Positions 11,616-25,600 of a stretch of DNA of 64,000 bases are shown in pieces. Position 1 is the first letter of the stretch; each line of letters opens with the position of its first letter. Source of the stretch: Phoronis australis (taxonomy: Eukaryota > Animalia > Phoronida); assembly GCA_002633005.1 (NCBI GenBank), contig NMRA01000034.1:345696-409695 (forward strand), in the 5' to 3' direction. The notes under the pieces were generated by a model, which was given only the letters and a program-made list of their open reading frames with translations, did not search any database and was not told where the DNA came from. A program made the position numbers and the translations under genes.

Positions 11616-13300
11616 AGGAGCATGCCACCCAAAAAACAACCTAATTTGTATTTATTTAGATCGAGTAGTTCTACTCCATAACGACACGTGCAGTTGCGTT
11701 ACCTGACACCTGACGGCAGACGTAGGTGTTGAAATTATCCAATTACGTCATCGGTTTCACACGCGTTCTGTTCAGCAGTTCACAACACGGGTTACTGGTG
11801 TCAGCATATCGCTTGGAGTCATCGTTTAGCACCATTAAATCATCAAACTTCGATGTAAAACTCTTAAAAATACATCGAGTTCTTACATAAACGTGTTGTT
11901 GTATTTCGCTCTTATGGATTTATTGGTATTTGGACACACTGTAGCCTACAAAGTTTGGCAGGCCAATAAGGTCCGTAACAGGAGTTTGGGGTGTGTGTCG
12001 GAGATAATTTCGAAGTATTTCCCTTGAGATACAGACAGGAGAACCTAGATCTGTGTGGTTTAGACTTGTGATTTTCTGAGTTCTAAACACAAAACGTTTG
12101 TTATCCTGGCCAGTGGCTCGGAGCCCGATCAGGCCCGTCGCGGCCGACCAGATTGACTCGTTATCCCGGCCAGTGGCTCGGAAACTGATCAGAAATCACG
12201 AACAAACCAGCCAAAGTTCAGTGGAAACTAAACTTCCAATCAAGAAAAAACTATACTAGTGAGGCAAAGTAATGTGCAGTGATTATGTTGGTGAATTAGC
12301 CACGAAACTGCAAATCTACTTACTCGTCGGGGGCCGCGAATTCAGTTCCGCTTTGGTCACAGCACCGTCAGGGCACAAGTTGTACATTGACAATCATTAT
12401 TTGAGTAATGTAAATATAAATAACGATTCCCCTAACACCTGGTCGTGGGGTGGAAATCGAGTTGTTTCACAACAGTTTCTGCCAGCAAACACTAAATTAG
12501 CATGAGCTCACACGGCTTCGGTGTCCCGTCAACTAGTTTTATTGCACCTAAAGCCGGTAACGCAGGTGATTTATTCATTGCTGGCTTCTCAAATCATTTC
12601 GTGCACTCACGAACACTCCAAAGGCATTACAAATTGCATCTACTGAGACAGATTTTGTTTCAGTTTTATATAAGTATTGGTTAGGGTGAGAATAATTCAT
12701 TTTGAAACAGAACGCTCAGTAATAAACGCCAACATGGCAACTCGCAATACCGACTTAGGACGAGCTAGAGTGGCTCATCAATCCCGACTTCGCAGGTGGA
12801 TCGTTAAGTCTTACAGGCTATCAATTCCAACAGGAATACAGTGATGAACGAATACAAGAGAGGCGCCGTGAACAAACTCAGACAACGGAACGTATGGAGT
12901 TATTTGGTAAGCCGGCATTCGTGAGGCACTGTCGACGTCGTCTGCAGGCCACCGACACGGAGATGTTTCACGGCCTCATACTTGCTATTTACAGTGTAGA
13001 TTTCATTCTTCACTACCATGAGCCACTTCCTAAGCATTTCGGACTCTCGAGGAAGTAAAAAAAACGATATACTCGCTTTCCTCGCGGCTGCTTAGTTCGG
13101 GCAAGCGGGAACAATACACCGCAACATAGCGGCATTCACTCTGCATATGAACCACTGACGTCGCTAGCGTCGTTTCTCACCTTCGTAACACGTTCACGCG
13201 ACACCTCTTGGCAAGGTAAGGTCGACCGTATGCGAGGCGATGTGGAAATAGACCGATTAAGACGGCAAAAAAGACTAATTAAATCGGGTGGCATTCTCCT
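11616..13300 (-). mobile_element. Kolobok-type DNA transposon (defective) with a THAP-domain relic
   Basis: TIRs aggagcatgccaccc / gggtggcattctcct match at 14/15, with a TTAA TSD at 11612-11615 and 13301-13304. A THAP relic lies inside. Confidence 0.82.
12945..13127 (-). pseudogene. THAP zinc-finger domain relic
   Basis: Hand translation gives MLRCIVPACPN*AAARKASISFFLLPRESEMLRKWLMVVKNEIYTVNSKYEAVKHLRVGGL, matching the C-x-VP-x-C-x-N...SF..P......W THAP pattern, with an in-frame stop. Confidence 0.7.
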
Positions 13301-13326
13301 TTAAACCACCTTTATGAAATCGGCTG

Positions 13327-14211
13327 ATTGTGTCATCTGTGAATACCTTCAGTTACAATCTTGCCAAGTACCTATGTAAGCTACCCAAACCACATATAAA
13401 TGAGGATTTCACAGCAGGTGATACATTCTCTTTTGTTTCTGAGGTTAGGGGTCAAGTTCTCAGGAATCGATTCATGGCTTCTTTTGACATTGCGAGTTTG
13501 TTTACTAACCTATCTGTGGACCAATGTATATCTTTGGCTACTGACTGTATAATGAAAAACGATCCCAGTGTAAAGATTACTCGAGCTGAACTCATGGAGC
13601 TATTCAAATTTGCTACCAGCAAAACCCATTTTGTATTTAATGGGGAGGTTTTTAACCAAATTTATGGTATAGCAATGGGTTCACCTTTGGCTCCCATACT
13701 AGCTGGCATGTTTTTAGGTCACCATGAGAAAACATGGATTGAGACATACACTGGTCCTCACATCTATTTCTGGCGACGATATGTACATGTAGATGATGTG
13801 TTTTGTATATTTGAAAATCAGCAGTCAGCCCAGGAATTTTTGGTGTATTTAAACTCAATTCATCCTAATTTGAAATTCAGTATTGAATTAGAGGTCGATA
13901 ACATTTTACCATTTCTTGACGTGTCAGTGGAGCGTGAGGGTACCTTAGTGATAACATCAGTATTTCATAAGAAGATCTACACAGGACTGTACACTTGTTT
14001 TCATAGCTTCACATCCTTTGTTTATAAAGTAGGTCTCATTAAAACTCTAATAGACTGGGTATATCGCATTAACAACACTTGGGCTAGATTTGATTCTAAT
14101 ATTAAAGAACTTACAACGAATTTGCAAAAGAATGGCTATCCCCTAGAATTAGTCAATAGGGTACTGAAAGCAAGACTCCAACGTCACGGTAACCCTGATG
14201 ATATTCTTTGA
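13327..14211 (+). mobile_element. Penelope-like retroelement RT core (3' truncated; GIY-YIG domain not seen)
   Basis: Motifs SFDIASLFTN, FNGEVFNQIYGIAMGSPLAPILA, RRYV(HV)DD, HPNLKFSIELE..LPFLDV and NGYP are present. Confidence 0.93.
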
Positions 14212-15458
14212 GGCTCACGATGGAAAGGGACCTGACGTTTACAACAATTGTTGCTCTTTTCTTGTGTTCGAAGTCATATAAATTAACCCACTCGGCAGTA
14301 GTGAACACGTCTTGGAAGGTTGGTGGATGAGGGAATCTAAGACCGCTCTTATCCTGTGTTTATTTGTATCCCTTTGGATTTTGGTTTTTGCTTACTTCAA
14401 ATCTACAAAAACTGTATCAGTTTTTTTCCGTTTCAGCCGAGATTCTCTAACATCAGCGTATGATACGTATACGTTTTTTATGGATTTTGAGTACCTCAAA
14501 TTTCCGCGTTTTGGCTTTCACACTGTTCAAATTATGTATATTTTATTTTAACGCCCATCGCATTTTCTCCAATATTAGAAAAAATAGTGGATCACTGACT
14601 TGCTTTTTGTCCAAACAGCGTCACAGAAGATTGTGAAATTTGACTAACTTCTCAAAAGCGCCCCAATTGCAAGGTTACGATTACCTCACTAACTTTCACT
14701 ATATGGCGATTATGTTATGATGGTGGCATTTAAACATCTGTACAATCTAAAAGAAGAAGGTTCTCCTTCAATAAACTAAACATTGCCGTATTAATTAAGT
14801 CATACCTACTGTCTGCACTTAGATTTTCCTCTTGTTTGATGTGACATTGTGAAATCTGTTGTCGCTCGCTACTATTAAACGACAGAATAGCAAAAACTCA
14901 AACTAAACTCAGCGTTTTTCAAATTTTGTTACCTCGTTGTTTGAAATAAATGACCGTGTTCAACTGTTGTATAAGCTAGTCAATAGAGTAAAACAACGAC
15001 AGCTTTACCGCTTTTTGGCAAACTGCGTCGAACACCCCGCGGAGTCCATAACTCTATCGGAGAATTTATCGATGCAACAAAGAACCAAACAGCAGTTCAC
15101 TAAGAGGCACAAGAAATAAGATATATTAAATGGCTGCTTTATTTCAATACTGGCCATGTTTTGTCACAAGTCAAAAATAAAGTGAAATAAGGAGAACAGT
15201 TACAAGAGCATGTCGCAAAAAGGCCACATACACACAGGGTGCACGATGTTAGTTTTAAATTATATATACAGTATAATAATACGGAACTCGATTGAAGGCA
15301 TGGGGAACGGAACCCGCGATCGTTACTCCCGTGATCTGCACGTCTAATGTAGTTTTTTCACAATAAGTAGCAAAGACATCAAATGCCTTTCATTCTCTAC
15401 ATACCGAATGGAGTTGTTATCTGCTATCTTGAAATTCTCCAGCTGTGCCAGTCCAGTG

Positions 15459-15757
15459 CATACGTGCATGCATACACACATATCTACATATGTATGTATG
15501 CATGCATGTACGTTTGTGTGTATGCATTTGTGTACGTAGGCCTACTTATATGAGGTCGTATGTGCATTAGGTCGTATGTATGTATGTGCATGCATGGATG
15601 CATGCCTGCATAAAAACGATCAAATGCACATGCATCTATCCGACCACACGTAAGTAAATGCACAAATGCATGCATGCAAACGTTCATGCTTACATACGCA
15701 TATGCACACACACATACATACATACATACATACATACATACATACATACGTACATAC
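15459..15757. repeat. Degenerate (TACA/TATG/TGCA)n microsatellite region
   Basis: A pure (cata)n run lies at about 15713-15749, surrounded by degenerate tgta/tgca repeats. Confidence 0.9.
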
Positions 15758-16970
15758 TCGTAAGACAAACTTCAAGCATTACATCTCAATTAAAGGGAAA
15801 TTATAGGCGAGAGAAGTTTTCTTCTCAGAAGAGCCTCGACACGGATTCGATGAAACTGCAACCTCCATGGTCACAAAGTCATACTCTAATGGTAGAGCTG
15901 AAATCTCAATCCATAAATTGCAGATTATTTCAAACGTAATTCGTAAAATCACCGACCTTGATTTCAGCAAATGTCTGACAAACAACGACGAGAAACGGCA
16001 ATATGTAAACATAAAAAACGCATTTTGCTGTTTTGTGTTTCAGTCAAAGTTAACTTCAAGAAGTATTTACATTTTATCATCTAGTAATGATAACAAACAA
16101 GCGTTTAATGGTCGTAAAACCGACAACGTCCCTTTAAATGACGTCCCATGGCTCAAAATTTAGCTTGAAAAAGCATTTTCACTATTGCATGTTTAGGACA
16201 CCTTCAGCTGTCATACAGAGTAGTATAAATTGTCCAACCTCGAAATTCCTTTGTTGTTTGGGTTTGCTGACGACTCCAGTCTCAACCTCCTCTATTGTTT
16301 ACATCACCTGGAACACAATTTCACTTTTACTTTTCTATAGTACAAGTATGGAGACTGAATTAATTTTTTAAAAGAGTCTTTACTTTTGTTACTTTGAACG
16401 TAATTCCGACACTATTTTGAAGTTTATTCTTAAGCGGTAGCACCAGTTGTCGATTGGACGAACAGTAAAGCCTGAACCGTCCATATTTGGCGGGCAAGAG
16501 TAAAGTTGACACTGTACTACCCAGATGGTCTCATGCAGGAACTTTGGATTGAGACCACGTATTGTCATAAAATTAGTCTGAGTTTGTTCCTCATTTAGGT
16601 TAGAGCTGATTTGAATGCTTGATAAGAGTTGGCAGTTGGTTATTTCTTCCGAACAGGATGGTCAAGTTGTTGGTCACGGTAGGTTCGTTATAGTAGCTGG
16701 CCGGAGCAGCATAGACATCAGGGGAAACCCAGAAGTTTTAAAGGAACCATCAAACGAGGAAGAAATATGCGATAACACCGAGGTAGAAAACGAACTACGC
16801 CTGTGAAGAAATAGTGATTTTTGACACCAGACTATGGTTGATATAGAGGCTTTAGAAACTTCCGGTCACTCTAAAAGTAACCTTGGTGAAAAGCTGTATA
16901 CTAAATATTATTTAGTCTTCATACAACTTAGTGGCAGGCTATCCAAACAGATCCTGTTCTCACTATGGTC

Positions 16971-19755
16971 TTAGGAGTGCGGTTGTACGTGAAGCTCGTC
17001 TCCAACAACACCTATGTAACTGTCCTCTGGTAGTGGGCCAAACCTGTAAAATATTCTGTCAGTGTTAATTAGTTTCACCCGTCAGTACAAAAACATGCAC
17101 TTTTATTAAGATGTTTATTGATGACGTATGTGACACTATGATGACGCTGTTTCGACCCAAACTAGGAATATAAATCCATACATGTAGTCACACCATCTTT
17201 CCAAAATATTGCAGGTCTGGGATATTTTCCGGTTCACGTAACAGCGAGGGCGATTTAGCACTTGGAATTTTTTACAAAGTTATGTAAATCGGAGTGATCT
17301 GACAACGGTTGCACTAATTGCATGGTCCCGGGAAGGTAGGAAGGATTAAGGTTAGATATGTCTATTTTCAGGTAATAATTTTCGAAGAGCTTACTAGTTT
17401 ACAGGACTAGGTAAATCCGGTCAAGATATTATTAATGTTTTTAATTTTGGTATTTTGAAAATCGAGTCGGCGGTGCATTATTTTTTAATTACTCAATTAG
17501 AAAAGAGATTACCCACCTGAGAAGAGCAAAAATGAAGAGGTATTTGCTTTTTGGACTCATCGCTTGGTAAATCAAGGCGTTTCAAATTTCATTTACCCTC
17601 ACTTGTGCATACTTACCTTTGTGTGGCTATTCAAAAAAGCACCAAACCTTGGCTGAATCTTATGCAGGCGAGATTTTTGTAGTTAGTGAGTGCAGGTCTC
17701 AAAATAAGTCTGAGTAGAGACCAGAACTCAAGAATGCGTTTTTAGCCTAACTTGGGTGGGCATAATATCAGAGCATCTAGCTATGAGCGCCCTTCTATCT
17801 GCATGTATATCGATAATTCAATAAGCTGTAGGTGTTTGCCCTGATTAATCGAACAGCGTGTTTGCTGAGTGAGTATACATGTAGATCTTGAAATTGAAAA
17901 CTTCATGCACATCGTGAATGCGAATACAAATTGTGTTTCGAAGCTCAGCTAAATAAACTGAGAAAGAGCAAATTGTGCTACGTTTTCGCCGGGTTCATTT
18001 GTCAACAAGATACCAAACCTGGTTTGGTCCTATGAACAATTACTAAAAACGACTTTCCCATCCAGTTCTCTGAAACAAAATAATGCTTCGTAATGCTCGA
18101 CAACCCTCAAAAGTTTGGAGGAAATTTTGAAAACTCCTTTCAAAGTCTGCTAAATAAGAAAGTGTTACCTGCGCTTTTAGCGAATAACACGGCAACTGTG
18201 GGGAAAAGGCCGCCCATCAAGGACCATAATGTCCTATTTGTGACAGGGATTCCTGCCTTTAACAGACAAAGGACGTTATTACATCCGAAAATTTCAGTTG
18301 ATCCATTCTTGTTGTTTTATTTACCTATTTCAATTGCAAATGAATGGAAATGTTTGTATGTAATGAAGAGTGAGACGACAGAATTCTAATTTTTCATTGA
18401 GCCTTAGACTCTCAGTCGAACCTCTACTATATTGTAGATACCCAATCGCACTCCAAGTATTCATCGACCTCTGGAGGTCCCATCTACCCCCTTATCGATC
18501 CGTGATATATTAAGTGGGCGTAAAATGCCTTTATCATGACGTAATACGAGAAAATTGGTTGTTCTCAGGCTAATTTCAACTTGCATATTCAGTAACAAAT
18601 ACATTGATAGCTATTGAGTGGTGGGGTTATCGTCATAGTATCAAAACTTGACTTATGATTTTAATTTCTTACACGGTTGACATAAAGCATTTCCGACTTT
18701 AATCCGACTTTCGTTTGACTGAGGAGATCGCTGACTAATTACTGCCCTTTATATTTAAAGTAGTAAAGTTATTTACGTAGCATGTTTGAGAGGGACCTCG
18801 ATCAAATGTCATCATAGGTCAATGGTCGTAGGTCAAGGGTGGAACAGGAAGTGACGTCATCCTCAACTAAACGCTCGCATTAGCGCTTGCTCCGTCTAGT
18901 TTTCAGTCTGAACAAAAACTAAACAAGGACTACTGTTCGATCAAATATCTTTATGTAAGCAAATTGTTAGCTCGAAACATGCCGTAGAGGGGCTGTTTTG
19001 TAAATAGGGCGATATAATCCTCGGGCGAAAGTCTAATCCATTCTGCACATCAGTTATTAAGCATTTTGTACCAGTAGCAAGTCAAGAACGGTAATGCACA
19101 CAGAATGACCAATAGTGGTCACGTCGGAACACGCCCCTCGGCCCGGGTATTACTTCCTAGACTGTGTCAATAGCCTCATCGCTACATTGAATTTGTGGTT
19201 TTCGCACAGTGTTAATTTTTCAATTGAAATAGTCACGCATATGTTCTGCTCAAGGAATCCGATATTAATAGTCGAGGCGCCTAAGGTGTCCACAGAAATT
19301 CGTGTTAAATTACAGTAATGTTAATTGGTTACCATTTCCTGAATTCCACATTTAATAGATACACTATATTTATAGGAGAAAAATAAAGCGACTCACACTC
19401 GTTTACACGCTGCCGTGTAGCCCTTCTTGACATTGAACAACTTCGTTATTTCCAATCTCGTTTCGCAGGCTTCCTTCATCATAAGACATTCACTCTCGTA
19501 ATATTTTCCGTTAGAAGCGCACACGGGCCTGCTGAAGACATAATCACCAAAATCTGCACACGTGTAACATAAACACCGGGAACGTGTCCCATCACGTGTT
19601 CTGTCACAATATGCGGCTTTTTGACATATCGGTTCTCCATATTCATCAAAACAAGGATCTCGAAATCCAAAACTTTCAAAATGGAACTTGAAACATGCCT
19701 GTGCGAACGTCACGACGCAGAGAACAGACACTATGCTGTGCAAACGAGTTGCCAT
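16971..19755 (-). CDS. Candidate secreted follistatin/Kazal-domain protein resembling the first FS module of invertebrate agrin (exon 1 at 19397-19755; putative exon 2 at 16971-17043)
   Basis: The signal-peptide-like MATRLHSIVSVLCVVTFAQA is followed by DPC..C..AYC..RCLC.TCADFGD..SRPVCASNGKYYESECLMMKEAC. A phase-2 donor GT|GTGAGT (19396-19391) is compatible with an acceptor ttttacag at 17044, giving VFGPLPEDSYIGVVGDELHVQPHS*. Exon 1 is well supported; exon 2 is tentative. Confidence 0.75.
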
Positions 19756-22188
19756 CTGATCATTCACTTCTCTTCGAAATCCTGATGCTAGGGTCTCAGC
19801 AAAACGTGAAAACGTCTTCTTAGCGTGCTCAGTCGACACACCACGGGAGCATAGTAAATTGTTGTGCCAACGTTTGAAGAGTTTCGAAAAATCTATTTAC
19901 GACGAACACATCACTAAGGGGCTTACACGCTCTGTACGTGTGGGAATTGCGATTAGCGCTTTAATGGGCATACGATGTATATTTTATGTCACGAAACAAG
20001 TCCGCGTTTTGTAACGTTCACATTTCTTGATTAAAAGGTATCATATGAATGGGCGCACCCATTTGGAGAATTCAGAAAAAAGGTCCGCCTCAGTGAAACA
20101 AAAAGTCCGAGTAAATGAAACAAAAGTCCACAAACTCCCACGAGAACTCTTCGCGGATGCACGACTGTGGGCCTGAACCTAGTGGACCCGATTTTTTTAG
20201 TCCTCGTTGATTTCTTTCAATAAAAGGTCTGCACACCGATAAATTTGAGCCTCTTATACTTAAGGCTGGTTGCACGCATGATATAGGCTTTCTGGTGGTC
20301 GTTTGCTCATATTCTTTTATCTGATTGGCGTGTTTGTGCGAAATTCCCATGCTGGGTTTGCTGAAATGATTATCAAGGGACCGTGTATTAATTCCGTTCT
20401 AATGCATCCTCTAATATCAAACCACCAATAACTGTCATGAGCTAAGTACGATTAGGAAATTAACTACAACACAGAAAGCCGTTCCTACTTGTTTTGAAAC
20501 CGATCGATGACCATCTGGCTGCCGCTCGTACGTTCAATGCAAAACGCCGAAGTTTGGCATAAATGTTGGTAGAAATTTTGTGCAATGATGTGCTTGGTTT
20601 GTGTCTTATAACAGAGAGGAACTCTCAACGAAATGAAAGAGAAGAGCTAGATAACAGACGGTGTGGTTCAGAAAACGGGTGTTTTTTTCTTTAAAAGTAG
20701 GAGATGGTACTGAAAATCTTTCTGGAAGAAAGTTTTAAAGGAAGTTATGCTCCTGTTTCGAACGTGTGACAAAAATAAATTTTATGTTTATTCTCACCTG
20801 TGGTGAAGGCAATATTTTCTCAGATAAATTTCCAAGTTCATTCATAAATATTTGCATTACAAATCGTAGGCGGTAAATATTCATGGCACCTTAGTTAACC
20901 CCTTTTCAATGGTATAAGACACAAAAAATACGTTGATTTCAATATCATCCAATTCAGATAAAGTTGCCAACCAAAATGTTAAGTTAAAGAATATTAACAA
21001 ATGTACTCTTTTTGTGGAGAATACCGTAAACAGTGAAACGTTTATCATCTGTTTTGAGAATATCGTGATGTCTCTCGTTTCTGGCTTCTATTTGCTGACT
21101 GATTAAAACAAAAACAAAAACAAAAACATTGCGCGGACAATATGACGGCGTTTTTTTTGTTTTTTTTAGAAGGCACTCGAAAAACTGTAACATAAATCTG
21201 CACATCACATTAGCAGAAAATCATATTTACGCAAAAATTTGCTAAAAAAATCTAAATTTCCAAATGTTTGTGATCTTTGTAAAATTGCATTGTAAGGAAG
21301 TGTGTTTCTTGTTGATTATTCATAGTAAACAATACACCGTATTGTATTATTGTTTAATGAGAATTGTAAATATTCATACTGCAGCGAAATAAAAAATGAA
21401 AAACTGAAATATTACACGTTTTTTAATTTTTGCGGCATGAGGTAAAGGGTGAATGTGGATAATAGAGCTTAAACCTCTAATTCACAATAAACAAGTTCAG
21501 TGAAAATTGTAATGAGTTGATTATTTTGGACGTTTTAGGTACTAGAANAGTGGACGAAATGTTTACATTTTTGTATAACATGAGGTCAGCAGTTAGGCTA
21601 ATTCTGTTTCTTTCCAATATATGCCTAGTTCAGAGCAGCAACATACCAACAAGGAATTCAGACGACGTTTGACGTTGTTAAAAATATGGACAAAAACATT
21701 CGTTCACATATGCAGATTGCCAGCAAACAACTAACAAAACTAAAGCATGTTTTGTGTTCAATTTTTATTGATTTATTTAACAACGGCGGTCCACAAAATA
21801 ATAGAATGTAATGTAACACAGAGTTGCTTACTTCACTTGAGCGTCCAAATGCATGACAGGGTGTCCAAATGCTGAACATGAGATTTTTAAGTTGAATCTT
21901 GGTATGAGACCAGGGTTCCATTTAGACGCCTTTTTGGCTTTACATGTATGGTAGTAGACCGGCAGCCCAGATCACTTAGCATAGATGAAAGAGGTGCCAA
22001 TATCTGACCAAGGAAAGGAGCACTTAGAGTCTACCTCAGTATACACGGAAATAGACTCCTGCCGTTGTCTGCACTCTGGGTGTGACACCTGGAGACCTTA
22101 CAAGCGGGTCAAAATGAGCTAAATTAGATATTCAAGGTACCGGCCAAAACTGATTTAAACCGGACAATATTATCGCACTGAAAACCGA

Positions 22189-22630
22189 ATGTCCCATTAC
22201 AGACAAATTGCACTGTGGAATGGGTCCGGCAGAAACCAGAAAACGCCCCCCAAAAATGAGTTAGCTAATACAATCGAGATACCGCAAAAAACCCAATTCC
22301 ATATTATTCAATACATGCCACTGATCACTAAATGCCCCAATGACAGACAAAATGCATTTTGGGTTATGCACGCCGTAAACCCCCCAAAATGTCAACCACG
22401 GTATGCCATTGAAAATTTGATCAAGATTAGGTATTCGAGTTACCAGCTAAAAACTGTTTTAAAACGAACAATAATACGGCACTGAACACAGAATGACCGA
22501 TGACAAACAAATTTCACTCTGGAACGAGTCCATCCGGAAACCCAAAAGGAACCCTTAAAATTGAGCTAGTTCACATATTCGAGGTTCCACAAAAACAATT
22601 ACATGTGAATAAGCACATGTCATTGGTCAC
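22189..22630. repeat. Degenerate direct repeat with about 305-bp spacing, cut by the LINE 3' end
   Basis: acaaattgcactgtggaatgggtcc...tgagttagctaatacaatcgag...acatgccactgatcact is echoed by acaaatttcactctggaacgagtcc...tgagctagttcacatattcgag...acatgtcattggtcact. Confidence 0.65.
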
Positions 22631-25600
22631 TTTTTATGAATAATACATTTGTTAACCTAGGAAGCATATCAGTACTAAATACGTCTGGGGTTGGACGGCC
22701 CCAGCTACATATCTTTACAACTTACTGAAGAACAATACGTCATACATATAGAACAAATAAGTATCGAGAATATAACTAATGAAATAATGATTGGGTAGAT
22801 AATTAGTAGAGATTATTATAAAAAGGGAGAGAAAGAGGGAAAGGAGGACTTTCATACACTCATTCACACTCACATTCACTCGGTTTAATTAACTTAATAT
22901 ACATGTATGTTTACATTTGCAGAGGTGTATGTTTATGAAAAGTCAGTTTTCTTATAATACAACAGAAGTGGATAAAAAATAACACCATATATTGTTTGAA
23001 TCATTTTAAAGAGATGTCTGCAAAACCCTTCACTGTTTTGAAGTTTTATCCGAGGCGTTAAACACAATAAGATTCACTGCGTCAAAAATTATAAATTTGA
23101 ACTTATTAAGACACGGTTGAGACCCACCTCTCGATGATGTATAAATATAATGAGCATGAGTGTATATGGTATTGAAGATTTCGTTTAGATTGGCAATGAA
23201 GCAAACTAAAAAGTGGTACATGGATGGTTGTGGATGAAAACGTATTTAAACATGTTCAAATGAGGGTTTATGGGTAGATTGAAAGGGAGATAATATATTT
23301 CTTTAATGTCGTCGTCTGTGTAATAATTGAGTAAAGACGCATAATTATCTGGTTTCTCAGAAAACTTGTGGATAAATACGTTTTTAGTCCATGAATTGGA
23401 ACTATTGATCAATGACCCACCTAGAACTTTCTTCAAGGTCGTTGTAATGGAAGAAAATAGTATGATAGATGTATCCTTCAAGAAATAATTTCTCTTAATA
23501 CTTTTCCATTTAAGAAGTTTGTTCTGGCTATATAAAAAATCATCACAAAATATTAGGCCCGCGTTTTACAGATCTTGGTAAAATAACGATTTACCTTTAA
23601 CAGTTAACTTGCAGTTGTTCCATATCACTTGTTTGTATACCGGTACCATCGTAAATATTTCAGGATTAAGAATATCCAAGGTTTTCAGAACCTCCTTGTA
23701 AAAATGGGTTTATAATTTCGCATTTAAGGTTTTCAGTTGAAAATTGGATGAAAAAATGAGGTCACCGCCAACGCGACTGAAAACATGCCTCAGATATATC
23801 CCCCAACTTGCCTCATCCTCTGTATTAAAACGCTTGACCCAATTAAAAATTAATCTTAATTTGATCAGTTTCATGTTCGGATATTTCAAAACGGCAAAAT
23901 TGTCAAAGATTCTTTTATTTTTGGTGGTTTATTTAACCAAATAAATTTTCTGATAAGTTTATTGACTTCATAAATTCTTTTTGGTGATACCCATAGTTGA
24001 CACTACATGAATGAGTTTCGATAAACCAAAAGTTTTAGTAATGAAGATTCAGCCTTTTATGGACAAATTTCGAGTTTTCCAAAGATTAAAACGGTCTTTA
24101 AGCTTTTGGATTTTTTTCATCAAAATTGGGTTTTTCAGCGTCTTCCCCTTTTCCGCCAACTTTCGTAGACTTTTAATGGACTTTTGGGGCCATCTGATTC
24201 CGTTAAGTGGACTTCGATTTCGGTGCAATGTTGAGGCAAACATGCTTTTGCATTTTGTCATAATTCAAGTGAAGCCCAGATAATGATGAAAAATAATCAA
24301 AAAATCTAAAACAGTCATTTCCAGATTCTACGTCTTTAATGAAAGGAACTGTATCGTCTGCATACTGTGCAATTTTAATTTCGTGGTTGGCTATTGTACT
24401 GCCTCTGAATAATTCATTGTTTCTGATGTGATATGACATAATTTCCGCACACAGGACGAACAGAAGACGTGAAAGTGGGTCTCCTTGTCGGAGGCCTTTC
24501 TCTATGTTAAAATGCTGTGATGTAAATCCGTTGTTCAAAACACATGACGAAATTCCAGAATACAATGTACGGATTCTATTAATAAAAACGTCGCCAAAAT
24601 TGAAAGGTTTCAACGATCAAAATGAAAACCCCCAATTTACAGTGTCATACGCTTTCTTGAAATCGAGGAATACAATGTGACCAAGGGTGTACTTATCTTT
24701 ATAAAATTCAATTATATCGTCAATTACACGTATATTATGGCCTATATAACGTTTCGGCAAGGATGTTTGATCTGGATTAATCAAATTGTTAATAATGTAT
24801 ATTTTGTTTGCGATTGTTTTAGTTATTAATTTATAGTCACAGTTCAAAAGATAGATAGGTCTCCAATTGTCTAGAGCTAATAATTCTTTGGATTGTTACT
24901 GTGGCGCAACTCTAGGTTTTTAAAATGTTTTCCATGCCCGCTTTGTTCTGCTCATTGCCAGTTACTACGCAGAATCGAGCCCTTAATTTTTTGGGTCTGG
25001 ATTGTTTTCAGTTCAATTTTGGCTTTTTGTAAGTCTTTTTTAGTTCCTCTGAAGGGTTGTTTTCCACCTTGGATGTCAACGCGTTAATTTTTTCTATTAA
25101 ACTACTTTAATCAGAGCGGGTCTTCTTTGCATCCTCTTTTCCTGATTTCCATTTTAATTAATTTCCAAGCTAAATTTTTGTCATCAATATGTCGATAAAG
25201 AGTACTGTAAAATTGGACACATTTAGTTAAATATTTTGTTGATATAATTGGTATCGTTCAAATAACTAGTGTTAAATTTCCAATGACCAGGACCTCTCTT
25301 CGCATTTTCGGTTATTTCAAAATGTAAAGTAATGGCAGAGTGATCTGAAAATACCAAGTCGTTGATAATGGCAACGTCTTCGACTGCTACTTCCCTGGAA
25401 CTTACTTTAAACACTTGATGAAACTGTGCTCAGTCGCCATCTTCAGTTGGTCTCCTACTGTCCTTAATGGTTTCTTTCCTAAGCCAAGAGAATCTCTAGT
25501 AGGCGGGACAACACAGTTGATCAGGCTCTGTCTGACGGTTGTTGGTGGTGTTGCTGTTGGTATTTCATCCAAATCCAACAAGATGCCTGTTCAACTTCAG

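Larger units (their letters stand above)
10461..13326. mobile_element. Non-autonomous TIR DNA transposon with 3-bp TSD (PIF/Harbinger-like) inserted in the Penelope RT
   Basis: The termini cagccgatttcataaaggtggtttaa and ttaaaccacctttatgaaatcggctg are inverted. TSD ATT lies at 10458-10460 and 13327-13329. Many internal agaccaggtttaa / aaacctggt subrepeats occur near both ends. Confidence 0.88.

Noticed and set aside
15484-15939. ORFs with YVCM/HTYI repeats
   Set aside because: These are translations of the (TACA)n microsatellite.
16500-16810. Good acceptor site at about 16801 (minus strand) as a further exon of the Kazal gene
   Set aside because: All frames stop early or give nothing recognisable. 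It could be UTR.
20736-21480. Possible Kolobok-like MITE starting ttaa-aggaagttatgctc
   Set aside because: The candidate right end (gagcttaaacct-ctaa) matches poorly and the TSD is not intact.
21548-21548. Single N base
   Set aside because: This is an assembly ambiguity, not biology, though it is a caution that local contiguity may be imperfect.
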